Below are positions 39,801 through 48,400 of a stretch of DNA of 64,000 nucleotides, piece after piece (within the stretch, counting starts at the first letter, position 1; the number at the start of each line of letters is the position of its first letter). The position numbers and the translations under genes were made by a program. Where the stretch lies: contig CBDUPA010000002.1 in assembly GCA_965368975.1 (NCBI GenBank), positions 416,001 through 480,000 on the forward strand. The letters are read 5' to 3'. The notes beneath the pieces were generated by a model, which searched no databases, was not told the origin of the DNA, and saw nothing but the letters and a program-made list of their open reading frames with translations. This DNA is from an uncultured bacterium. GTDB taxonomy: Bacteria; Acidobacteriota; Thermoanaerobaculia; Multivoradales; JAHZIX01.

Positions 39801-42459
39801 CGGGGAGTTGGACAGCCAGGGCTGGGCGGTACGACCGGTGGCGTCGCCGGGCACACGGGAGACATGGCTGCACCTGCTGCGACAGCTGCGGGAAGCAGAA
39901 GCCTCACCCCGACGTATTGTGCATCTCGGTTCCTACGGCACGGCTTTCGATGGAACTGGGACCGAGGCGGTAAGCCGACCTGATTTTCACACCTCCTTCA
40001 CGCCTTTGCTGACGCTGGCACAAGCTCTGAGTGAGCTGGGTCCCAGCGCGGATTCCAATGCCAATGCAGCCAATGCGAACGGCAGCGAGGGCGGCATCGA
40101 CGTGCTGGCGGTGACGGTCGCGGCGTGGCCGGTCACCGGCGACGAGCACGCCCGAGCGGAAGAAGCGCTGACGTTGGGCCCGCTGCGAACGTTGCCGCAC
40201 GAAGTTCCTGGCATTCACTGCCGGGCAGTGGATATCGAGCAGACCTCGGCACGGCGGCTGGCTGCGGCGCTGTCGGAGTCGCTGGAGGTACAGCCACTGG
40301 AGGGAATGGATCTGCTGGCGCTACGGGGACGGCGTCGTTGGTGCTGGCACTGGGAGCCGGTTGAACTGCCCGGCTCGTCAGAGGCGCGCCAGCGAACTGA
40401 AGGCGTCTACCTGATCACCGGCGGTCTCGGGGGTCTGGGACGCGTGTTCGCTGAGCACCTCTTGACGCACGGCGCCACGGTGGTGACCATCGGTCGGTCC
40501 ACGGGGGCAGGGGAGGGGGTTGAGGCCTTGATCGCCGCCGGGGGCCCATGCTGGCTCCACCTGACCGCGGACGTCAGCGACGAGGACGCGATGCGGCAGG
40601 TCTTTGCCACTATCGGGGAGCGCTGGGGGCGGCTCGACGGCGTCATTCACGCTGCCGGGATTCCCGGTGAGGGTGCGTTGGCGCGTATCTCCGCTACGGA
40701 CGCTGAAGCCGTACTGGCACCCAAGGTCAGAGGCACGCGGGTATTGGATCGGCTGCTGCGCGAACCTGCCTCGAATGGTGAACCCTGGCTGCATCAGCTG
40801 GAATTCTTCCTGCTCTGCGGCTCACTGACCGGTCACCTCGGCGGTCCCGGTCAGGTCGCCTACACCGCCGCCAATCTCTTCCTGGACGCCTATGCACAGC
40901 GGACAGCGCTGGAACTGGAAGACCTGCCGTCTGCTCCGCATGTGATCGCGGTGGACTGGGACGCCTGGGCCGAAGTGGGCATGGCGGCCGCGGCCGTGCG
41001 AGGAGTGGCCTCGCCGCGCGAGCGCTCTGGCGACGAGAAGGACAGCCAGCGAATCGACGCTCATCCTCTGCTCCAGCAGCGGCGGATCGAGGGCGAGACG
41101 GTGGTCTTCACCAGCCGCCTGCACGCGAGCGATACCTGGGTACTGGCGGATCACCGAACGGGCGGCCGGTCGGTGCTTCCGGGTACTGGCTATGTCGAGC
41201 TGCTGCGCACCGCGCTGCTGCTGCACGGAGATGAGGCTAGCGTCGAGGTCGGAGCTGAAGGAGGCGTCGAGATCTCACAGCTGATCTTGCTGCTGCCCAT
41301 GGCTTTTGACGATGCGGCGCGTGAGGTGCGGGTTCGCCTGCGACCGGAAGCTGGTGACGGGTTCAGCGCGGAGGTGGCCAGTCGAGGGACCAGTCGAAGT
41401 GACACGGACAAGAGCTGGTTGCTGCACGCGCAAGCTCGGGTCACCGCAGGCGCCGGCGCCGGGAGCACTACCAAAGCCGAAGATCTGGACAGCTTTCCGT
41501 CGCGGGTCACCGATGAGGACGAGGCGGGAGACAACCCGCTGTTCGACTTCGGCCCCCGCTGGCGCTGCATCCGGCAAGCTCGCACGACCCTCGAAGAGGC
41601 AGAGCATGCCCGCCTGCGACTGCCGGCGGAGTTCACGGCGGATCTGCAGGACTTCCCCCTGCACCCCGCCCTGCTCGACGCCGCGGTCGCGGCCCGGCCA
41701 CCGAGCGAAGCGCTGGAAGAGGCCGCGTACCTGCCCTTTGCCTACGATCGAGTACATATCCACCGTCCTCTGACGGCCGAGATTCTCAGCCGCATCACTC
41801 GGCACTCGACGAATCCTCCCAACTCTGCCAAGTTCGACGTGGTGGTCTTCGATACCGACGGTCGAGTGCTGGTGGAGATCGAAGGCTACACCTTGCGCCG
41901 GCTGAGTGCTGAGCAGCTCGCCGTACCGACCACGCAGCCGGCCGAGGAAGCACCGCTGGCACAGGCCATTCGCAATGCCGAGGGAATCGAAGTGCTCGAG
42001 CGGATCCTGGCGGACCAGCTACCGCAACGAGGCCTGGCGCAGGTGGCCGTCTCGACGGTTGATTTCGCAGCGCGGCTCGCACGGCTCGGCGAGACCCGCG
42101 CGCAGGTCGAGGGAGACGGCACCACCGCGAGCCACGCCAGACCCAACCTCTCGACGACCTACGTGGCGCCGAGTTCGGAGTTCGAGCGACACGTCGCCGA
42201 GGTGTGGAGGGAGTTGCTCGGCGTCGAGGAGCTCGGAGTTCACGACGACTTCTTCGAACTGGGTGGCCATTCGATCTTGGCAACGCAGAGCGCGGCCCGG
42301 TTGCGGGAGAAGCTCGGCACGGACATGCCCTTGGACGAGTTCTTCGAAGCCAACACCATCGCGCAGCTGGCGCAGCGTCTACTCGACTTTGAAGCCGAGA
42401 CAGCGGCGGAGGGCGCCGGCGCGAGATCTTTGGGCGACATCGAAGAAGGCTCCCTGTGA
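36886..42459 (+). CDS. Type I cis-AT PKS module KS-AT-KR-DH-ACP (hybrid-type KS)
   Basis: KS VQTACSTS, HGTGT, KTNIGH with DKDFLATRVSYKL. AT GHSIG/HAFH (malonyl). KR ITGGLGGLG...YTAAN. DH HRTGGRSVLPG/HPALLD. ACP GGHSIL. Confidence 0.95.
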   Translation: MEQQSTGLEIAVIGLAGRFPGAPDIETFWRNLDAGVESIRSFSDEELLEAGVALEILADPAYVRARGYLDDSELFDAELFGFNAREAEILDPQQRLFLEVAWSALEHAGYGRGGERPSVGVYAGVSLNGYFLNNLQTRPEVLAAVGTMQVGTGIDKDFLATRVSYKLDLQGPSVSVQTACSTSLVAVHLACQALLCGECDIALAGGASLGVPPVSGYLYQEGGILSPDGHCRAFDADAAGCLAGHGAGAVVLKRLDDALADRDTLYAVIKGSAINNDGALKAGYTAPSVDGQAAVVRAALRVAEVEPSSIGLIEAHGTGTPLGDPIEITALRQAFEIDEQALDPGSCAIGSVKTNIGHLDAAAGIAGLIKAVQALRYRRLPPSLHFRTPNPQLQLDRSPFFVPVESAAWAAADGAGWPRRAGVSSFGIGGTNAHVILEEAPCIDAADRRETARPWQLLCLSGQRQEAIEQLCHALAAQLSETGDVPLADVAYTLHLGRRPLRHRAVVVARDIADAARVLAGDMPERLLHGTATQGRTPVAFLFSGQGTQYPGMARELYEREPVFRRHLDYCLELLQPHLDTDLRRWLLPVDSEEGQAAEALRRTELTQPALFAVEHALYELWQSWGVEPDALLGHSIGEWVAACRAGVLTLEAALEAIALRGRLVAQCPLGAMLSVPLSEAELETWLTGRNVEIAAINAPRLCAVAGPHADVEALEAELRADGVEVRRLHTSHAFHTHALQPAATALQEHLRHVELRAPHLPFVSNVTGTWITESEATDPAYWGHQLLRPVRFADGLGTLLGSSLGGGRRLLLEVGPGHTLSRLARLHPSFAEDRGGPLPVVASLPPAPRAGIATQSAKTSTEDAQASMLTALGRLWQCGVQVDWQLLYDGQARRRRPLPTYPFQHRRYWLDAAPRQEASGASATSRQPLPRWFWRPVWQQAPPATAAALPGDRPRHLVLAGEPGKARDELAGELDSQGWAVRPVASPGTRETWLHLLRQLREAEASPRRIVHLGSYGTAFDGTGTEAVSRPDFHTSFTPLLTLAQALSELGPSADSNANAANANGSEGGIDVLAVTVAAWPVTGDEHARAEEALTLGPLRTLPHEVPGIHCRAVDIEQTSARRLAAALSESLEVQPLEGMDLLALRGRRRWCWHWEPVELPGSSEARQRTEGVYLITGGLGGLGRVFAEHLLTHGATVVTIGRSTGAGEGVEALIAAGGPCWLHLTADVSDEDAMRQVFATIGERWGRLDGVIHAAGIPGEGALARISATDAEAVLAPKVRGTRVLDRLLREPASNGEPWLHQLEFFLLCGSLTGHLGGPGQVAYTAANLFLDAYAQRTALELEDLPSAPHVIAVDWDAWAEVGMAAAAVRGVASPRERSGDEKDSQRIDAHPLLQQRRIEGETVVFTSRLHASDTWVLADHRTGGRSVLPGTGYVELLRTALLLHGDEASVEVGAEGGVEISQLILLLPMAFDDAAREVRVRLRPEAGDGFSAEVASRGTSRSDTDKSWLLHAQARVTAGAGAGSTTKAEDLDSFPSRVTDEDEAGDNPLFDFGPRWRCIRQARTTLEEAEHARLRLPAEFTADLQDFPLHPALLDAAVAARPPSEALEEAAYLPFAYDRVHIHRPLTAEILSRITRHSTNPPNSAKFDVVVFDTDGRVLVEIEGYTLRRLSAEQLAVPTTQPAEEAPLAQAIRNAEGIEVLERILADQLPQRGLAQVAVSTVDFAARLARLGETRAQVEGDGTTASHARPNLSTTYVAPSSEFERHVAEVWRELLGVEELGVHDDFFELGGHSILATQSAARLREKLGTDMPLDEFFEANTIAQLAQRLLDFEAETAAEGAGARSLGDIEEGSL

Positions 42460-45400
42460 ACCGAGCTATCGAAACACTGTGGCTGGCCCTGGACAGCGGC
42501 TTGCAGCTCTGGGTCGACGGCGATCAACTGCGCTTTCGAAGCGCCACGGGAGCTTTGACGGACGAGCTGAAGGCACGGCTCAAAGCGCACAAGACGGAAC
42601 TGCTCGACCTGATCGGTCCGGGACGCAAGCTGTGCCTGCCGGCGTTGGCCCAGCAGAGACTGTGGTTCTTGCAGCAACTCGACCCGCACAGCCCGGCGTA
42701 CAACCTGCCGGCCGTGTCGCGACTGCAGGGGCAGCTGGATGCCCATGCCTTGGCGCGGGCGCTGGCGCGCATCGTCGAGCGTCACGAGAGCTTGCGGACC
42801 GTGTTCGTGCTGCTCGACGGCCGGGTCGCCCAGTCCGTGGTGACGGCGCGGACATCGGTGCCCGTAGTGGACCTGAGCCGCTTGCCACCGGCCTTGGTGG
42901 AGCGCCTGGCGCAAGAGCTGGCGTCGCGGGAAGTGCAGAGCGCCTTCGACCTGGCTAGCGGACCGCTGGTGCACTTCCGACTGTTTCGACTGGGTCCAGA
43001 GGATCACGCGCTGGTGATCAACATCCACCACAGCGTCTATGACGGCTGGTCGGTGGGCTTGTTGTTCGGTGAGCTGGTGGCCTTGTACAACTTCGAGGTC
43101 GATGGGCGCGGCGAGCCGGCAGTGCCACCTGGAGTCCCACCCGTTCCGGACCTACCGCTGCAGTATGCGGACTACGCTCTGTGGCAACGCGAGCAGCTGC
43201 AAGGCGCGCTTCTGGAGCGCCTGCTCGACTACTGGCGCGAACGGCTACCACGCGTGCCGTCGGCCCTCGACCTACCGGGTCAACTCACACTGCGGCGCAA
43301 CCCTGTTGCCCGAAACGACGACGGGTCCCCGAGGGATGCCGGCTTCCTGGGCGACGAGGTGCTCTTCAGCTTCCCGGGCGACGTGCGCGATCGGCTCGAA
43401 ACACTGGCTCGGCAGCGTGGCACCAGCCTGCCAGTGGTGCTGCTCGCCGGCTTCCAGACGCTGCTCCACGCCTACACCGGCGCACCGGCGGTGACGCTGG
43501 GTCAACCAACAGCGAACCGGACTCGGCGCGAGGTGGAAGCCCTGATCGGCTTCTTCGCCAACATCGTGGTCTTGCACACCGATCTGCGGGGTGATCCGAG
43601 CTTCGACGAGCTTCTGACGCGCGCGCAGATAACGGCGCGCGGCGCCGGAGCGCACCAGGAGTTACCCTTCGACCGCTTGGTGGAGGAGCTGGCACCCGAA
43701 CGGGACCCGGCACGAAGGAATCCGCTGTTCCAGATCTTCTTCGCGGTGCAGAACGCGCCGCGCGGCGAGGCGCGGCTACGGGGCCTGACACTGCAACCCC
43801 TGCCCTTCGCGGCACGGGTGACGCGCTTCGACCTGGAAGTCCACCTGACACCGGCACCAGACAGTGCCAGTGGCGGCAGTGGCAGTCGCAGTAGCAGCGG
43901 CATCCTGTGCCACGTGATCTACAGCACAGCCCTGCTGGAGCGCACCGCCGTGGAGCGGCTGCCACGGCATCTGCTGCGCATTCTGGAGCAGGCGGTAGAG
44001 CGGCCGGCGCGGCACCTTGGCGGGTTCCAGCTGCTGACTCGGGCCGAGACTCGGCAGCTGCTCGACTGGACGACAACTGGGGCGCACGGACCGGCAACCG
44101 AGCAGGCACTCTTGGGCGCCTTCAACGCCCACGTCGCCGCCGGGCCAGAGGCAGCCGCACTGGTCGGCGACCACGGATCCATCCTGGCAACGCGACGCGA
44201 AGTGCAGGACGCGGCGACTCGCGAGGCTCAGGAGCAGGGCAACAATCCGCTCCAGGCACTACTCGATGTCGGTGGCCTGCCGGCGTTACTGGAGGCAGCA
44301 AACCCGCACCTGCGCCTGCTCGGACCGACCGGACAACCGGCACCGATCGGCGTCTGGGCTTCCATCGACGTCTGTCTGCCGCGGGCCGGCGAGATGACTC
44401 CCGTGCCCAGCCGAGCCTTCCAGGGACGTTGGCGCTCCAACGGCGGCATCGAGCTGCGCCCGGCTGGAAGCCCGGTTGGCAGCAGGCCCGCCGGAACCGT
44501 GGATGCACACCGGCTGTGGCGGCAGGGTGCTCTTGTTGACACCCGGGTGATCGAACGTCGGCTGCTGGACTTGCGCTTTGGCGAGACTGGACTGAGCGGT
44601 GCGGCGGTGCGTGCACGGCGGGTGTTCAGCAACCCAGCGCGGGCGTGTGACCGCGGGGAGAATGATAGCGAACTCGTGGCGTGGGTGACGGCGAGCGTAT
44701 CGCTGGCACCGGAACGGCTGGACGCCGTAATGCGCGAGACCTTTTTGGCGAGGCAGGTAGACCCGCGTTGGATTCCACAGGCAATCGTCCAGGTGTCCTT
44801 GTTGCCCCTGACCCAGGACGGCCAGCTCGACGAGCGCGCGCTGCAGCGGGTGGAAGTGCCGACACCGGACATCCTACAGCGCTGGCGAACCCGCTTGCGG
44901 GCACTGCCGGAAGTTCGTGACGTGGAGGTAGTGTCGATCCAAGTGCCGCGGACGCTGGACCGCTACCACCGGGACGACCTTGTGCCTCCCGGCGAAGGTG
45001 TCTCGCCAGCTGCCACGGACACCACAACGCGGACCGCTGCTCGCGAGGCGGCCGTTCTCGAGATTCCGCCGGCCGAGACGCCGCCTGCCGAGGCATCGTC
45101 GACCGTGGCGGATGGCGGTCCGCTGGAGCTGCCGGCCGAGGCGCCAAGAACGCTGGGAGAGGCTCTGCTGCGAACAGCGCGGGAGCATGCCGAGCACGGC
45201 ATTGCCTACATCGGCGCGGATGGTAGCGAGGACCGGCAAAGCTATCCGCAGCTGCTTGTCGAGGCGCAGGCGATCCTCGGCGGCCTGCGCCGGGACGGCC
45301 TCGTCGCGGGCGACTATGTGGTGCTGCAGTTCGAGGACATCCGCCTGCACCTGACGACTTTCTGGGCCTGCATCCTCGGTGGTCTCGTACCGGTGACCGT

Positions 45401-48400
45401 GGCGGTACCGCCGTCCTACGAGGTCGACGAAGCCGGCGAGTACAACGCCGTGGCGCTCAAGCTGCTCAACACTTGGCGCTTGCTCGGCCATGCCGCGGTG
45501 CTGACGCAGGTATCGCTCGCTGGCGCACTCGCAAGGTTGGGACTCGAGCCGCCGATCCATGCCATTGTGGTCGATCCCTTCCTCGAGCGGAAGCCGGCGA
45601 CACCGCGTACCGCCGACTCCCACGACGTGGCTTTCTTGCAGCTGACCTCCGGCAGCACGGGCATTCCGAAGTGTATCCAGGAGACCCACCACGGCATCGC
45701 CCACCACATCGAGGGCTCGCGCCTGGTCAACGGCAACAGCGCACGCGACATCACGCTGAACTGGCTACCACTGGACCACGTGGTGCCGATGCTCACCTAC
45801 CACATCAAGGACGTCTATCTGGGCTGCCGGCAAGTGCAGCTGGCAGGTGCCCGCGTGTTCGCGGATCCACTGTGCTGGCTGGATGCCCTGGAAAGGCACG
45901 GCGTCACCCACAGCTGGGCGCCCAACTTCGGCTTCAAGCTCGTTGCCGATGCCCTGGCGCAAGCATCGCCGTCGCGGTCCGCACAGGTCTGGGATCTCAG
46001 CCGCCTGCAGTTGCTGATGAATGCGGGCGAGCAAGTGACGCTGCCGGTGGTCGACGACTTTCTCCGGCGCACGGCACCCTTCGATGTGCGACCCGAAGTG
46101 ATGCAGCCGGCCTACGGCATGGCTGAGCTGTGTACCGCCATGACCTACGCCAACGGCTTCCGGCCGGAAACTGGCGCCTTTCGCTGCCGCAAGGCTGGCC
46201 TGGGCGAGGCTCTCGTGGCCGCCGACACTGGGGATCCTCTGGGTGTCGACTTCATCGACGTCGGCCCGCCGATTCCGGGGGTACGGCTGCGCGTGGTGAA
46301 TGCCGACAGCCGACCGTTACCGGAGGGAGTCGTGGGTCGGCTACAAGTCGCGGGCGCCATCGTCACTCCCGGCTACCTCAACAACGAGGCGGCCAACCGG
46401 GAGGCTTTCCCGCGAACCTACGAAGACGACGGCGTCTGGTTCCACACCGGCGATCTGGCCTTCCTGCGAGGTGGTCACCTCACGATCACGGGACGCGAGA
46501 AGGAAGTGATCATCGTCCGCGGGGCCAACTTCTACTGCTACGAGATCGAGGACATCGTTTCGAGCGTTGACGGCGTCGCGGCCACCTTCAGTGCCGCCTG
46601 CGCACTGGAAGACCCCGTGACCGGCACCGAAGGGCTGGCGATTTTCTTCGTCCCGGAGTCACCAGATCCTGAGGCGTCGCATTGCAGGTTGGACACGACT
46701 GTGTCTCGCCGCGTGGCCCGGCTGGCCGATGCAGTGCAGGCGGCAGTGACGGAGCGGTTGGGAATCAGTCCGTCCGTGGTCTTGCCGCTGGCGCCCGAGG
46801 ACTTCCCAAAGACGACGAGTGGCAAGATTCAGCGTACTCGGCTGAAGGAGGCGCTGGAGACCGGTGAGTTCGACGAGCTGCGGCGCCGACTCGACTTGCA
46901 GGTCGATGCGCTGGCTGGGCCGCTCGGTACAGAGAGAACGGTACCAGCCTGGTTTCACCAGCGCGTATGGCGGCGTTGCCCGCTATCAGCCAAGCCGCGC
47001 CGGAACCGCGAGATACGCGTTCGGATGCTCGTTCCAAGGGATGCGAGTGGGTCTGCGGAGAGCACGCGTCTAGCCGCAGTGGTGCGAGAACAGCTGCAGC
47101 AGCAAGAGGCTACCGTCGACGGGTACCAGCTGCCGGCCACCGCGGAGCTGGCGCAAGCGTTACAGCCAGGAGACACTCTGATCTACCTGGGAGCCTGGAA
47201 TGCTACTCCGCGCGTTGAGACAGCGGAAGATCTGACCAGGCTGCAGGAAGTTTGGGTTCGAGATGTGCTGGAGTTGGTGAGTTCGCTGCAGACCGTACCG
47301 CCGGAACGACGACGCGGGCTGCACCTCCTGGTTCCGACGGCAAGCTCGCACCATGTGGGACCCGCAACGGGCGACCCTTCGGTCGGCACGGCGTCCGATG
47401 AGGCAGAATCGGCCCGGGGGTCGCAAGCAAGGGAACCGCAAGGCCGCAATGGCTGGGTGTACGCTGGGGTCTCCTCGGTGTTCAAGACTTGGAGCCAGGA
47501 GCAGCCCTGGCTGCAGGCACGCCACCTGGACCTGCCTGCCACTGCTTCGCATCTCGAACTGGCGCGGCACCTGGTGGCCGAGGTCGCGGCGCAGCACGGA
47601 GCCGGAGCGGTGAGCGCGGCAACCCTGGAGGACGTCGCCTGGCGGGATGGGACACGCTATGTGACTCGCTTGCGCCCCCTGAGGATGAAACCACCGGCGG
47701 CGGAGTCCTCAGCGGTCGAGATCTTCTCACGCCGTAGCCGCTGGTTGTTGACCGGCGGGTTGGGAGGGATTGGCCGACGGCTGGCAGCGTGGCTCCTACG
47801 GGAGCGTGGCGCCCGGCTCTTGCTGACCGGGCGACGGTCGGCCCAGGATTCCGACATCGTGCGCGAACTCCAGGCGCTCGCGACACTCGGCGACGTCACC
47901 TACGTGTCCTGCGACGTGACCGACGGTGCCGCATTGGAAACGGCCGTTGCGAGGGCCGAGAAGGCTTGGGGCGCGACGCTCTCGGGAGCCGTGCATCTGG
48001 CTGGCAGCTACCACGAAGCGCTGCTGTCGGATGAGAGCGTCGAGGGCTTCCTGCGCCCGTGGCGGTCGAAGGTGCTGGGCGGATGGCAATTACGCCAGCT
48101 TCTCGCGGCGCGGCCAGAAAGCCAGCTCATCGCCTTCTCCTCGGTCAACGGATCTCTTGGCGGCCGCGGTGTCGCAGCCTACGGGGCGGCGAATGCGGGG
48201 CTCGAAGGACTGTGCGCGATGCCTTGCCGTGACGGACCACGAGTTCACACGCTGGCCTGGAGCCTCTGGCAGGACGTCGGCATGAGCCAGGGTTTCGCCG
48301 CTGGCGAGGCTGCGCGGGCGCGCGGCTTCCTGCCGGTCTCGGCACCGGCGGGGTTGCTCTCTCTACAAGCCGTGCTTGGCCGGATGGGTCCTCAGGACGC

